A stretch of 64,000 bases of DNA from an uncultured Ectothiorhodospiraceae bacterium (GCA_945787125.1 CALZHW010000002.1:22900-86899); one strand, 5' to 3'. Shown: positions 19,078 through 31,800, numbered from the stretch's first letter. Notes: generated from the letters alone by a model not told the origin. Made by a program: numbers and translations.

Positions 19078-21174
19078 GTGCCACTAATCAGCAAAAGCTT
19101 TCAGTTTGGAAATCAGACGGTTAAGATTGAAACCGGTGAAATTGCCCGCCAGGCATCCGGTGCGGTCATGGTGAGTATGGGTGATACGATCGTAATGGTC
19201 ACATGTGTCGCTAAGAAGGAAGCCGTCGAAGGCAGAGACTTTTTTCCATTAACGGTTAATTACCAGGAAAAAGCCTATTCAGCCGGTAAAATTCCAGGCG
19301 GATTCTTTAAAAGAGAAGGTCGTCCCACCGAAAAAGAAACGCTGACATCACGCTTGATTGATCGTCCTCTGCGCCCGCTTTTCCCGAAAGGTTTTCTAAA
19401 CGAAGTTCAAGTTATTGCCACAGTAATGTCAATAGATGCGGATATCGATCCGGATATCGTTGCTATGATTGGTGCTTCTGCTGCCGTTGCATTGTCCGGT
19501 GCGCCTTTCGCGGGCCCGATTGGTGCAGCAAGAGTGGGTTACAAAAACGGTGATTTCATGTTGAATCCGTTGCGCTCAGAATTGAAATCTTCTGATTTGG
19601 ATTTAGTGGTTGCCGGTACCAATGATGCCGTTCTGATGGTGGAATCTGAAGCGAACATATTGCCTGAATCAGTTATGTTAGATGCTGTCATGTACGGCCA
19701 TGAGCAAATGCAAGTCGTGATTAATACCATTAACGAAATGGTTGTTGAAGTGAATGCGCCGCGCATAGATTGGGTAGCACCTGCTGAAAATACGGCGTTA
19801 GCAGCAGCGGTTAAAGAGAAAGCAGAGTCTGTCATCAGCGAAGCTTATCAAATCAGCGATAAAATGGATCGACAATCACGTTTATCGACCATTAAAGCTG
19901 AAGTGCTTGCTGAATTGCAATCGGCAGACGACCCAGAGGGTTGGTCAGCAGGCGAAATTTCGAAAGCTATTGCTAGCCTGGAAAAGAAAATTGTTCGTAG
20001 TGCGATCATTGAACAACAACCGCGGATTGACGGACGTGACAATGATACCGTTCGTGCAATAGCGGTGAGAACTTCCTTGTTGCCACGGGTACATGGCTCT
20101 GCGTTGTTTACGCGCGGTGAAACCCAGGCCATTGTGGTTGCCACACTCGGTACTGAACGTGATGCACAAATGATTGACGCCATCGAAGGCGAATATCGCG
20201 ACTCCTTCATGTTGCATTACAACTTCCCGCCATCCTGTGTGGGCGAAACCGGTATGGTTGGTTCGCCAAAAAGACGTGAAATTGGTCATGGCCGTTTGGC
20301 AAAACGGGGTGTCATGGCAATCATGCCAGATATGGAAAGTTATCCTTACACCGTACGTATTGTCTCTGAAATTACTGAATCCAATGGCTCAAGCTCGATG
20401 GCATCGGTTTGCGGCAGCAGTTTAGCCTTGATGGATGCTGGCGTTCCGATAAAAGCCCCGGTAGCCGGTATTGCTATGGGCCTAATCAAAGAAGATAACG
20501 GGTTTGCCGTATTGACTGACATCCTTGGTGATGAAGATCACTTGGGTGATATGGATTTTAAAGTAGCTGGTACCGACGGTGGCATAACCGCATTGCAAAT
20601 GGATATCAAAATTACTGGTATCACCAAAGAAATTATGCAAGTTGCGTTGGAAAAAGCCAAAAAAGGTCGATTGTTTATTCTTGACGAAATGAACAAGGTG
20701 ATCAGTGAGCCACGTAAAGAACTCTCTGAGTACGCACCGCGTTACACAACTTTACAAATAAATCCGGATCGTATTCGTGATGTCATTGGTAAAGGTGGTG
20801 CAACAATTCGTGCAATTACCGAAGAGACCGGAACCAGCATTGATATTACCGATGAGGGTGTGGTTAAAATCGCTTCTATTGATCGAGCTGCAGGTCTAGC
20901 TGCCAAGAAACGCGTTGAGGAATTAACCTCTGACGTTGAAGTCGGCATGATTTACGAAGGTAAAGTCTCTAAAATAATGGATTTTGGTGCATTTGTTAGC
21001 ATCTTGCCTGGCAGAGACGGCTTGGTACATATTTCTCAAATATCCGAAGAGCGAGTTGAGAATGTGAACGATAAATTGTCGCAAGGTGACACAGTTCGCG
21101 TTAAAGTGCTCGAAATTGATAAGCAAGGCCGAATTCGTCTAAGTATGAAAGCGGTTGATGCACCTGAAGCATAA
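19078..21174 (+). CDS. pnp: Polyribonucleotide nucleotidyltransferase (PNPase)
   Basis: 698 aa with two RNase PH-like domains plus C-terminal KH and S1 domains. It uses a GTG start, as is common for pnp. Confidence 0.95.
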   Translation: MPLISKSFQFGNQTVKIETGEIARQASGAVMVSMGDTIVMVTCVAKKEAVEGRDFFPLTVNYQEKAYSAGKIPGGFFKREGRPTEKETLTSRLIDRPLRPLFPKGFLNEVQVIATVMSIDADIDPDIVAMIGASAAVALSGAPFAGPIGAARVGYKNGDFMLNPLRSELKSSDLDLVVAGTNDAVLMVESEANILPESVMLDAVMYGHEQMQVVINTINEMVVEVNAPRIDWVAPAENTALAAAVKEKAESVISEAYQISDKMDRQSRLSTIKAEVLAELQSADDPEGWSAGEISKAIASLEKKIVRSAIIEQQPRIDGRDNDTVRAIAVRTSLLPRVHGSALFTRGETQAIVVATLGTERDAQMIDAIEGEYRDSFMLHYNFPPSCVGETGMVGSPKRREIGHGRLAKRGVMAIMPDMESYPYTVRIVSEITESNGSSSMASVCGSSLALMDAGVPIKAPVAGIAMGLIKEDNGFAVLTDILGDEDHLGDMDFKVAGTDGGITALQMDIKITGITKEIMQVALEKAKKGRLFILDEMNKVISEPRKELSEYAPRYTTLQINPDRIRDVIGKGGATIRAITEETGTSIDITDEGVVKIASIDRAAGLAAKKRVEELTSDVEVGMIYEGKVSKIMDFGAFVSILPGRDGLVHISQISEERVENVNDKLSQGDTVRVKVLEIDKQGRIRLSMKAVDAPEA

Positions 21175-21191
21175 ATTTAAATAACATTAAA

Positions 21192-21228
21192 AAGCCCGGA
21201 GCTTAATCTTCGGGCTTTTTTTTGTCTC
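21192..21228. terminator. Rho-independent terminator after pnp (shared with the convergent small ORF)
   Basis: The hairpin aagcccggagcttaatcttcgggctt is followed by TTTTTTT. Confidence 0.8.
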
Positions 21229-21250
21229 ATATCTCATACATCTCATGATA

Positions 21251-21574
21251 TTAGGCGTAAAGACTAAAGCCTAATACATTTTGTGCAAATTGTTTTTTTT
21301 CCAGGCTTTGCAAATCTTCATATTCATTTAACGCTTGCTGGCTGAAATAACTTTGCTTTTCTTTGATAACAAGAGCAACAGATTGTTTTTGCGGAAACGC
21401 ATCGTGAATCAGCAAGGCACGATTACTTTGGCTCAACTCGTCGAAAGATGGTTCTATTTGGGGTTTGAAATCTTGTTGGTTGTTAACGGTTTTTTTGTTA
21501 TCAGGACTTAAGGCAACATCACGTTGCCCAGTGTGAAAAAGTCCAGTGTGAAAAACTGGGCTGGATACATGCAC
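21251..21574 (-). CDS. Small hypothetical protein (107 aa), uncertain
   Basis: The ORF is convergent with pnp and has a single Met start. Its 5' end contains a 13-bp tandem duplication (encoding FHTGLFHTG). Confidence 0.3.
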   Translation of the reverse strand: MHVSSPVFHTGLFHTGQRDVALSPDNKKTVNNQQDFKPQIEPSFDELSQSNRALLIHDAFPQKQSVALVIKEKQSYFSQQALNEYEDLQSLEKKQFAQNVLGFSLYA

Positions 21575-21926
21575 ACATCAATTCCTTCGAAAGAGAGGTT
21601 TAGGTGGGTGAGGACATGATTGTGTTTTGCATCACAATCAAATGAGCCGCGATCGCGTTGTATATTTTACATTAAAAAGACTGTCGAAATACAATCACGC
21701 CCTCACGATAACAATATAGTAATAATACAAGAGATTGATTTATTGCGTTAGCATACCTCCCTGAAATATCGACTATGGTTTGAACTATGTTATCTACAAC
21801 CTGTAACACATTGTTTTTAGTGTGTTACAAATTAACTATAGTTCATAAAATTTTAATGTCCAGGAAATAGGTTAAAAAATTTCTAATCCAGACGTTAGGA
21901 GTTATAAATTTAAAAAAAACAATATG

Positions 21927-23084
21927 TTAGCGTTTGTAATTGTCTGCTTTAGCAAATCCACTGGCGGTTTTGAGGTTCTTGGCGGTAGCCAGAAAAGTTT
22001 TGAATAAGTTGGCACCGCGAAAGTCTGACTTGTGGATATCGGCTCCACGAAAATTGGCATGGCGTAAATCCGCCATCAGGTAACTGGTCCACTTACTATT
22101 GCTAGTCGATAGATTAGCATGCTGCAGTGAAGCGCGTTTGAAGCTAGCGCGAGACAAATTACTGCCACTTAAATTTGCATGATTTAATTTACTGAAAGTA
22201 AATTTCGAGAACTCTAAATTACTGTTTGAAAAATCACTGTAGTTAAACGTACTGTCTTCCAGGATTGACTCTCTAAAATCGCTTTGGCTAAAATTGCCGT
22301 TGATTATTGTGCTACCTTCTATGGTTGTGCCGATTGCATTACTATTTTCAAATTTCGAATCTGAAATTTTACTTTGAATAAACTTGGAGTTAGTTAATAA
22401 GCTTGCAGAGAAATTAGTGTTCGTAATACTAGCGTAATTGAATTGCACACTTGTCATATTCGCTTTTTCAAAATTACTGTCCGTGATTTTAGTTTTAGTG
22501 AAACTTGAGAGCCTCATGGTATTATTGGAAAAATCAACCCGGTTTATTTGACTATAATCAAATGATGCTCTAAAAAAATCTGCTTTCACAAAGGTTAATT
22601 TTTCCAGTTTGGCATTTTTCAGGCTGACTCTGCTTAGCAGGGTATTTTCAAACCGACTATCAATGATGACGCTGTCATTCATTCTTGCGCCGTTGAATTT
22701 AACATTTTCGAAGCGGCAGTTTTTAAATAGGGCATGAGATAAGTCGGTGCCAGAAAAATCGATGTCGGTAAATGTTGTATTGATAAATTGGGTTTTCTTC
22801 ATCGAGCTTGCATGAAAGATCACATTGTTCAGTACCGCGTTTTCGAAACGGCTCTCATTGAATGTATTAAAACTAAGGTCTGCAAAGGTGATCGTTTTGT
22901 TAGAAAAGTTAATGCCCGACATGTTGACGCGCGAAATTTTAATATCTTCTGATGCAGGTGACAATCGTTGCTCAACATCCGCTTGGCTTAGCTGTGGATA
23001 AGAGGCATTCGGGTCAGTATTGCGGCTCATACAGGCTGATAATAATGCTAATACAGCAACAACTACGAGCAATGTATTTTTCAT
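21927..23084 (-). CDS. Pentapeptide-repeat lipoprotein
   Basis: Lipoprotein signal MKNTLLVVVAVLALLSAC. The body is almost entirely A(D/N)LxF-type pentapeptide repeats (ANLSGSNLSRASFKRASLQHANLS...). Confidence 0.8.
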   Translation of the reverse strand: MKNTLLVVVAVLALLSACMSRNTDPNASYPQLSQADVEQRLSPASEDIKISRVNMSGINFSNKTITFADLSFNTFNESRFENAVLNNVIFHASSMKKTQFINTTFTDIDFSGTDLSHALFKNCRFENVKFNGARMNDSVIIDSRFENTLLSRVSLKNAKLEKLTFVKADFFRASFDYSQINRVDFSNNTMRLSSFTKTKITDSNFEKANMTSVQFNYASITNTNFSASLLTNSKFIQSKISDSKFENSNAIGTTIEGSTIINGNFSQSDFRESILEDSTFNYSDFSNSNLEFSKFTFSKLNHANLSGSNLSRASFKRASLQHANLSTSNSKWTSYLMADLRHANFRGADIHKSDFRGANLFKTFLATAKNLKTASGFAKADNYKR

Positions 23085-23099
23085 TGTGTTTTTACCATA

Positions 23100-24266
23100 T
23101 TATTTGAACCGTATGCTACCTGATTTTTTCGCATCCTCTAAACCGATCACAGTCTCAAGATTTTTCACTCGCTTCATATTGGCTTCTGTTAGATTACTCT
23201 CGGTAAATATTGTTCCATTTAGGTCTGCCTCCTGAAAATTGACTCTCTCCAGGTTCGCATCGGTAAAATCAACCGCCTGCAATGAAGCATTTAAAAAGCT
23301 AGATTGCAGCAAGTTTGCGCTTTTTAACAACGTTTTCAATAAACTGGCTTTTACAAAACTGGTATTTTCCAAGTTTGCCCCGGTGAGGGAGGTTTCATGT
23401 AGTTCCGCAAAGTTTAAATTGACCCCAGGCATATAGGCGTTTTCGAAAACAGCATTGTTTAAAATTGCGTGCTCCATATTAGCTTTGCTGAAATCAGGGC
23501 TAATCAATTCGCTATTCTGAAATAGACTGTTCTGCAAGTCTGCTTTTTTAAATATAACATCAGTGCCCAAAGTATATGAGAGATTGGCTTCATGTAATAT
23601 GCAATGGCTAAAGTCACTGCGAGTAAGATTGCTGTTAGAAAGATCAGCCTCTTGAAATTTAGAATTAACAAACTGAATGTTTGATAGTTCCGCTTGCTGC
23701 ATTGAAGCAAACTTAAAATTCGTGTTAATAACTACCGCATTGTGCATATTGCTATTTTGCATGTTGCTTGCTTCAAATAGCGATTCTGAAATTTTCACAG
23801 AAGTCAGGTTTGCATTGATTAGATCAGCGTTGCTGACTATTGTTCTTATAAGAACCGACCCTTGAAGATCTGCGTTATCCAGTTTTGCGGCAGATAAATT
23901 GGTGTTTTTAAAGTTAGCATTTCGAATTATCGCGCCTGATAAATTTGCGTTACTTAAATTGGTGTTTTCCAAATTGGCGCGACTCAGGTCAGCGCCACGG
24001 AGGTCGGCGCCTTGCAAATTTGCGTCGCTTAAATCTGTTTTATACAAGTAGGCTGACGCCATTTTTGCGTTCTGCATGTTTATTCCGCTCAGATTTAATC
24101 CCGATAAATTAGCTTCAATGAAATTGATGCTACGCTCATTAGCGTTGAGGCGTTGTTTTATTTCCAGTTGGGTTAATGGAGAACCGATGTTAGGATTGCT
24201 CGGTGGTGGTATATGCGCACAAGCGTTGACCGTCAGGCAGATGCACAGGAGTGTCATTTTTTTCAT
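23100..24266 (-). CDS. Pentapeptide-repeat lipoprotein (paralog)
   Basis: Lipobox LTVNAC. Pentapeptide repeats run throughout (ANLQGADLRGADLSRANLENTNLSNANLSGA...). It starts 9 nt after the tsaB stop. Confidence 0.8.
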   Translation of the reverse strand: MKKMTLLCICLTVNACAHIPPPSNPNIGSPLTQLEIKQRLNANERSINFIEANLSGLNLSGINMQNAKMASAYLYKTDLSDANLQGADLRGADLSRANLENTNLSNANLSGAIIRNANFKNTNLSAAKLDNADLQGSVLIRTIVSNADLINANLTSVKISESLFEASNMQNSNMHNAVVINTNFKFASMQQAELSNIQFVNSKFQEADLSNSNLTRSDFSHCILHEANLSYTLGTDVIFKKADLQNSLFQNSELISPDFSKANMEHAILNNAVFENAYMPGVNLNFAELHETSLTGANLENTSFVKASLLKTLLKSANLLQSSFLNASLQAVDFTDANLERVNFQEADLNGTIFTESNLTEANMKRVKNLETVIGLEDAKKSGSIRFK

Positions 24267-24275
24267 GTTATATAC

Positions 24276-24980
24276 TCATTCATGTCGTTGAGGTTTCTTT
24301 GCCACGTCATTTCTTAAGTAGACCGGTAACGCCAAGTGTGCGGCCTTATAGTCTTTATGGGTGAATTTTTTAGCAGCCAGGTTGGCAATTTGCTCTGCGG
24401 AAACCAGTCGCTCTTTATAAATATGAGTCGAGTTTATTGGGCTTGATTGGTTGCTAAAACTGTCTTGGTACATGTCCCAGCCTGATCCTATGCCGACGAC
24501 CGGGTTGGAAGGTTTAGTGAAATTTAACAACACATCATCTGGGCGCGATAATGTTTCACCATTAAGTGGTTTAATGTTTTTTGCCAAATCGACGGAGTAG
24601 CTGGCCCAATACACTTCTTGCATTCGGGCATCGATGATTGCCAGCACAGTTACCTGTTGCTGCCGTTCGCTGACATCCGCCGCGAGTGCTTCCAGTGAAG
24701 AGATATCAATGATAGGCAGATCACAAGAATAGGCAAGACCCTGTGTGACACCAGCGCTAATCCGCAATCCGGTAAACGAACCTGGCCCACGGCAAAAGGC
24801 AATAGCATCAACATCCGCCAGCGTAATTTGTGCCTCTGCTAATAGTTTGTCGCACTGAGTCAGTATGTGTTTAGAATGCGCTTGTGGCGTTATTTCAAAA
24901 AGAGTGCGAACGCTGTTATCAATCCGCAGCGCGGCTGAGCAGGCTTCACTTGAGGTATCGATTGCGAGGATTTTAGTCAT
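24276..24980 (-). CDS. tsaB: tRNA threonylcarbamoyladenosine biosynthesis protein TsaB (YeaZ)
   Basis: 234 aa, N-terminus MTKILAIDTSSEACSAAL... It has the Kae1/YgjD-like fold without metal ligands, typical of TsaB. Confidence 0.85.
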   Translation of the reverse strand: MTKILAIDTSSEACSAALRIDNSVRTLFEITPQAHSKHILTQCDKLLAEAQITLADVDAIAFCRGPGSFTGLRISAGVTQGLAYSCDLPIIDISSLEALAADVSERQQQVTVLAIIDARMQEVYWASYSVDLAKNIKPLNGETLSRPDDVLLNFTKPSNPVVGIGSGWDMYQDSFSNQSSPINSTHIYKERLVSAEQIANLAAKKFTHKDYKAAHLALPVYLRNDVAKKPQRHE

Positions 24981-25000
24981 GGCGAATTGGCTTAGTAATC

Positions 25001-25501
25001 TTAAGTGGTAGGATTTTGTTGTGTGGTTGGCATTAAACCATTGTTGTGTGTCCAGACCAAGTCGGATATGATTTTAAATTTTGCGACTGACATCGCTCCG
25101 CGTTTGTTTCTTTTACTGGAGGTTTGTTCATTGAGAGCCTCAAGCAAAATCGCTCTGCGTGCTTCATAGATTTCGGTAACTTCATACTCTTCATTCATAA
25201 GAACCAGTATGACGCTATCCCATTCTTGTTCTGTTTTAAGCTGACCAATGCGTTGTCCGGATTTTTGTTCGTCAAAAATGGCGCGCCCTTTGATTTGGAT
25301 ACGTTGACCTTCACGCTCTCCTTTACCAATGGCGTCATAACCTTGGGAGCGATCATCGCATAGTTCCAGGTTTAATTTTGACGCTGCATCGAACTCAGCA
25401 ATTTCGGTACTGATACCTAAGGCTTTGCCGGTAGCTTTTTTGTATTCAGCCGCCAAACGTCGCGCTTCGGTAACAAGTTTTTCTGTGGAGTAAACGCTCA
25501 T
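25001..25501 (-). CDS. Small protein with Mrr-cat-like restriction-endonuclease fold (PD-(D/E)xK-like), function unknown
   Basis: 166 aa. The pattern TEIAEFDAASKLNLEL...QGYDAIGK...RIQIKGR resembles the D...(E/Q)xK core of Mrr_cat / PD-(D/E)xK nucleases. The call is by recall only. Confidence 0.4.
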   Translation of the reverse strand: MSVYSTEKLVTEARRLAAEYKKATGKALGISTEIAEFDAASKLNLELCDDRSQGYDAIGKGEREGQRIQIKGRAIFDEQKSGQRIGQLKTEQEWDSVILVLMNEEYEVTEIYEARRAILLEALNEQTSSKRNKRGAMSVAKFKIISDLVWTHNNGLMPTTQQNPTT

Positions 25502-25680
25502 AAAGTTAATAAATCTATTTATTTATCTAAATCTTTGGAATTACAGAAAATTTTAACATTTCTACCCATATTACGCATCAGCAATTCAGAATTCTACTGA
25601 ACTATCTCTGTTGACGGTATTTTGTTGAGATAATTTAACCCGGATAATTCATGGATTACACGATTTCTCACTTGATATTT

Positions 25681-25923
25681 GATTCTACAGAAGATTATCT
25701 TCGGCAAGCTGCTCCTCGATAACTGCTCCTGCGTTATTCTCGGCAATTGCTCCTGCATTGCTCTACCTTCATCCATCCATGGATTTGTACTTACGGGCGT
25801 CCTGCCCTAATGCATTGTTCTACCTTCGCCCATCCATGGGCTCGTATCTTCTGCATCCATGCAGTCGTCAATCGACCGTACGCACGGGTACGGCACTCAA
25901 TCAGATAATCTTCTGTAAAATCA
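25681..25923. repeat. R2 composite intergenic repeat, full copy with terminal inverted repeats
   Basis: The terminal inverted repeats are gattctacagaagattatc (left) and gataatcttctgtaaaatc (right). The interior holds repeated units (ttctaccttcRcccatccatgg, cgggcgtcctgccctaatgc) ending in the palindrome ctgcatccatgcag. Confidence 0.75.
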
Positions 25924-26056
25924 AATCTCTTGGCGATAATCTCGTGAATTCATGAAATATCCGAGTTAAGGGTTTGTTGATTATGTATTGGTGGTCAGTA
26001 GAAAAAACGAGCGATTCATATAAGGTCATTGTCACACTTAACACTTAACACGTTCC

Positions 26057-26497
26057 TTATTCAGTGGTTACATAACTTAGAATTTCGACCACTTGTTGGG
26101 TTGTTGTTGCCCATGCCATGGCAGAACCATCGACTTCTTTTAATGGGTGAATGATGTCCTCTGCATGCAGGGTGATATATGGTTTGCCTAATGCGGCACA
26201 ATAACCTGCATCAAATGCTGCGTTCCATTGTTTATATTTATCACCAAACCGAACCACTACGATGTCGCTTTTTTCAATCAAGGCTTTTGTTCTTAGGGTA
26301 TTTATTTTTGCCGATTTATGATCGCGCCAAAAAGTGTTGCTTTCTTGCCCGAGGTGATCGCCGGCCGCATCGCTGGCTGCATGATCTGTCACTGCAGAGG
26401 TAAACGTGATATCTAAACTTTTGACTACCGCGCCTTGTTTAATTTCTTCACGCCAGCTGCTGTGAATTTCCCCGGACAAATAGACGGTTAAGTGCAT
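26057..26497 (-). CDS. YtoQ-family protein (nucleoside 2-deoxyribosyltransferase-like fold)
   Basis: 146 aa (MHLTVYLSGEIHSSWREEIK...). It resembles the YtoQ family by recall. Confidence 0.6.
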   Translation of the reverse strand: MHLTVYLSGEIHSSWREEIKQGAVVKSLDITFTSAVTDHAASDAAGDHLGQESNTFWRDHKSAKINTLRTKALIEKSDIVVVRFGDKYKQWNAAFDAGYCAALGKPYITLHAEDIIHPLKEVDGSAMAWATTTQQVVEILSYVTTE

Positions 26498-26563
26498 AAT
26501 AAAACCTCATTATAGTGAATTGGTGGCTATATTACCGTTTCAGGCAACGACTGTGAAGGGTAA

Positions 26564-27490
<927 letters not shown>

Positions 27491-27703
27491 TTTTCTGCTT
27501 TATTTAGGGTGATTTCTACAAGCTGATGGATTTACTAACAATTTGTCATAGACTCACTATGTCAGATTGAGTAAAATTCACCGATATTATTTAATAAAAG
27601 CGAGCAGACCCGCCTGCATTTCTCACCGAAAAACCAAACAATGAAAGGTGAAAAATGCAGATTGAGTGTGTCTCGCTTTCTGTCTATTTGTCCGGGGGAT
27701 AAT

Positions 27704-28861
27704 TTGCCACAGCAAGCTCTTTTAGCCTTAGAAGACGGTAGTGTTTTTTATGGAGACTCTATCGGGGTAGTTGGCCAAACGATTGGCGAAGTCGTATTTA
27801 ATACGGCCATGACGGGTTATCAGGAAATTCTCACTGACCCATCATACAGTAAACAAATTGTCACCTTAACCTATCCACACATTGGTAATGTCGGGGTTAA
27901 CAATGACGATGAAGAATCAAAAGCTGTTGCGGCTAGTGGTTTGATTATGCGTGATTCTTCATTTATTGCTAGCAGTTGGCGCAGTCAAAAAACGTTGCCG
28001 GAATATCTACAGCATAATAATGTGGTCTGTATTGCGGGTATCGATACCCGTCGTCTGACACGAATTTTAAGAGAAAAAGGCGCACAAAATGGCTGTATTA
28101 TCGCAGCTGATAATCTTTCAGAAGCGCAAGCCAGAACACAAGCAATAGCAGCGGCAAAAGCTTTTCCAGGATTGCAAGGCATGGATCTGGCAAAAGAGGT
28201 TACAACGCAGGAAGCTTATCACTGGAACGAGGGCACGTGGAATTTAAACACGGGTTTTGCAGCAGCTACTCAGCAGGAGAGCGACCAAAAATATCATGTC
28301 GTGGCCTACGATTTTGGGGTGAAGCGTAATATATTACGCTTGCTCGCCGATCGTCATTGCAAATTAACCGTTGTTCCGGCGACTACCTCAGCAAAAAAAG
28401 TTCTGTCGATGAAACCTGATGGCGTCTTTCTTTCCAATGGTCCAGGTGATCCGGAACCGTGTGATTATGCTATTGAAGCAATCAAGCAAATTTTGGCAGC
28501 GAATATTCCAATCTTTGGCATTTGCCTTGGGCATCAACTATTGGCGTTAGCCAGTGGGGCAAAAACACTAAAAATGAAATTCGGCCATCATGGGGCCAAC
28601 CATCCTGTGCAAGATCTGGTAACCGGTGAAGTCTTTATCAGTAGTCAAAATCATGGTTTTGCAGTGGATGAAAGCAGTCTTCCCAGCCATTTAAAAGCCA
28701 CTCATAAATCCTTGTTCGATCAATCATTGCAAGGCATTGAGCGCACGGATAAACCGGCTTTTAGTTTTCAGGGTCACCCTGAAGCCAGCCCTGGTCCGCA
28801 TGAGCTTGAACCTCTGTTTGACAAATTCATCGCCTCAATGAAAAAATTCAAAAAGTATTGA
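27704..28861 (+). CDS. carA: Carbamoyl-phosphate synthase small (glutaminase) subunit
   Basis: It has the catalytic triad region GICLGHQ and a glutamine amidotransferase class I domain. The start is assigned to TTG 27704 ([17 protein letters not shown]) with a GGGGA RBS. The upstream ATG at 27641 would add an atypical 21-aa extension. Confidence 0.85.
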   Translation: MPQQALLALEDGSVFYGDSIGVVGQTIGEVVFNTAMTGYQEILTDPSYSKQIVTLTYPHIGNVGVNNDDEESKAVAASGLIMRDSSFIASSWRSQKTLPEYLQHNNVVCIAGIDTRRLTRILREKGAQNGCIIAADNLSEAQARTQAIAAAKAFPGLQGMDLAKEVTTQEAYHWNEGTWNLNTGFAAATQQESDQKYHVVAYDFGVKRNILRLLADRHCKLTVVPATTSAKKVLSMKPDGVFLSNGPGDPEPCDYAIEAIKQILAANIPIFGICLGHQLLALASGAKTLKMKFGHHGANHPVQDLVTGEVFISSQNHGFAVDESSLPSHLKATHKSLFDQSLQGIERTDKPAFSFQGHPEASPGPHELEPLFDKFIASMKKFKKY

Positions 28862-28865
28862 AACT

Positions 28866-31800
28866 ATGCCAAAACGTACAGACATAAAGACCATTTTAAT
28901 TATCGGTGCTGGCCCTATTGTCATCGGCCAGGCCTGTGAGTTTGATTACTCAGGTGCACAAGCGTGCAAAGCCTTGAGAGAAGAAGGTTATCGCATCGTT
29001 TTGATTAATTCAAATCCTGCCACCATCATGACCGACCCGGATATGGCAGACAGCACGTATATCGAGCCCATAACCTGGAGCACGGTAGAGAAAATTATTG
29101 AAAAAGAAAAACCTGATGCCTTGTTACCAACCATGGGCGGACAAACAGCACTTAACTGTGCGTTGGATCTTGCACGTGAAGGCGTTTTAGAAAAGCACGG
29201 GGTTGAATTAATTGGTGCATCACAAGACGCTATTGATAAAGCCGAAGACCGTGATCGTTTTCGTCAGGCCATGGAAAAGATTGGCCTGTCTACCCCAACC
29301 GCGGCACTTGCTCATAGCCTGGAAGAAGCCGAACAAGTCCAGGCGCAAATCGGCTATCCCGCAATAATCCGTCCTTCGTTTACCATGGGTGGCAGTGGTG
29401 GTGGCATTGCTTACAACCGTGAAGAATTCATTGAAATATGCACCCGCGGATTGGACTTATCGCCCACCAATGAGTTGCTGATTGAAGAATCTGTATTGGG
29501 TTGGAAAGAATATGAAATGGAAGTGGTGCGTGACCACAAAGACAATTGCATCATCATTTGTTCCATTGAAAACTTTGATCCAATGGGTGTGCATACCGGC
29601 GATTCCATCACTGTCGCACCGGCGCAAACACTTACCGATAAAGAATATCAGATCATGCGTGATGCTTCATTGGCGGTATTACGCGAAATCGGAGTAGATA
29701 CTGGTGGCTCTAATGTGCAATTTGCCATCAATCCAGAGAATGGTTACATGATTGTGATCGAGATGAATCCGCGAGTCTCACGTTCATCAGCACTGGCTTC
29801 TAAAGCGACAGGTTTTCCCATTGCGAAAATTGCGGCCAAATTAGCGGTAGGTTTTACGCTTGACGAATTACAAAACGACATAACCGGTGGTGCAACGCCG
29901 GCGTCATTCGAGCCGACGATTGATTACGTGGTTAGCAAAATACCGCGGTTTACTTTTGAAAAATTTCCGCAAGCGGATGCCACCTTAACCACGCAAATGA
30001 AATCGGTAGGTGAGGTGATGGCGATTGGTCGCACCTTTCAGGAATCGATACAAAAAGCCATTCGTGGCTTGGAAACGGGTAACAATGGCTTTAATGAAAA
30101 AGTCGCGCAGGATGATCCTGATCGCAATGATATTTTACAAAAACAACTCGCCATACCCGGTGCCGACCGCCTGTGGTATATCGCTGACGCGTTCCGTGCG
30201 GGAATGAGCGTGCAGGATATTCATCAATTATGTAAAGTGGATCCCTGGTTTTTAGTGCAAATCGAAGACCTGGTGAAAATTGAAGAAACCCTAAAACAGC
30301 AGTCGTTGGTTGATTTGGATAAAATGGCTTTATTCAAAATCAAACAAAAAGGTTTTTCCGATACACGGCTGGCACAATTGTTGGCGCAATCTGAGAAGGC
30401 TATTCGAGACTATCGCCATTCAATTGGGGTAAAGCCAGTCTATAAACGCGTTGATTCTTGTGCGGCCGAGTTCAGCACCCAAACGGCCTATATGTATTCT
30501 ACCTATGAAGAAGAGTGTGAAGCCGCGCCAAGCAATAGAGAAAAAATCATGGTGTTGGGTGGTGGTCCAAACCGTATAGGTCAAGGGATTGAGTTTGATT
30601 ACTGCTGTGTGCATGCCGCGTTGGCAATGCGTGAAGACGGTTACGAAACCATTATGATCAATTGCAATCCTGAAACGGTTTCAACGGATTATGATACGTC
30701 TGATCGACTCTATTTCGAACCATTGACCCTGGAGGATGTGTTAGAGGTTATTGCCATAGAAAACCCCAAAGGCGTTATTGTGCAATATGGTGGGCAAACC
30801 CCACTAAAACTTGCGCGTGATTTAGAAGCCGCAGGCGCACCCATTATTGGTACCTCACCTGACGCCATTGATCGGGCCGAAAATCGCGAACGTTTCCAGG
30901 AAATGATTGATAAATTGGGTTTGAAGCAACCGCCCAACTGCACTGCACGAAGCCCGCAGGAAGCTGTTACGCTGGCGGATGGTATTGGCTATCCTCTGGT
31001 TGTTCGTCCGTCCTATGTTTTAGGTGGCAGAGCGATGGAAATCGTTCATAATCGTGAAGACTTAGAGCGTTATATGCGTGAAGCTGTTTCCGTATCTAAC
31101 GATTCACCGGTATTACTGGATCATTTTCTGGATGATGCGGTTGAAGTGGATGTAGATGCGATTTGTGATGGTGATGCGGTATTGATTGGCGGCATCATGG
31201 AACATATTGAACAAGCAGGTATCCACTCTGGTGATTCCGCTTGCTCACTGCCCCCGTATACCTTGTCATCTAAAATACAAGACAGGATACGCGAACAAGT
31301 TGGGCAGATGGCCAAAGAGTTGGGTGTGGTTGGTTTGATGAATACCCAATTAGCCGTTAAGGGAGATGATATTTATATCATTGAAGTTAATCCTCGCGCT
31401 TCGCGCACGGTGCCTTTTGTCTCAAAAGCGATAGGCTCACCATTGGCGAAAATTGCTGCCCGTTGCATGGCAGGCAAAAGTTTGAAAGAGCAGGGCGCTG
31501 AGCATGAGCGCATACCGACGTTTTATTTTGTCAAAGAAGCCGTTTTTCCTTTTGTGAAATTCCCTAATGTTGATCCCATCTTGGGTCCTGAGATGAAATC
31601 CACTGGTGAAGTAATGGGTGTGGGCAGTGATTTCGGTTCTGCGTTTGGTCGCGCACAGTTGGGTGCCGGGGTGAATTTACCCGTTACTGGTGTCGCTTTT
31701 CTGAGCGTTAAAGACAGTGATAAGGCCAAAGCAATTAATGTCGCGCGGGATTTGATAAAACTGGGTTATGAAATCTGTAGTACAATTGGTACATCACAAG

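Noticed and set aside
27641-27703. ATG at 27641 as the carA start (21-aa N-terminal extension [21 protein letters not shown])
   Set aside because: The extension is unlike any CarA N-terminus. A TTG at 27704 with a GGGGA RBS gives the canonical CarA N-terminus, so the shorter gene model is preferred, though not proven.
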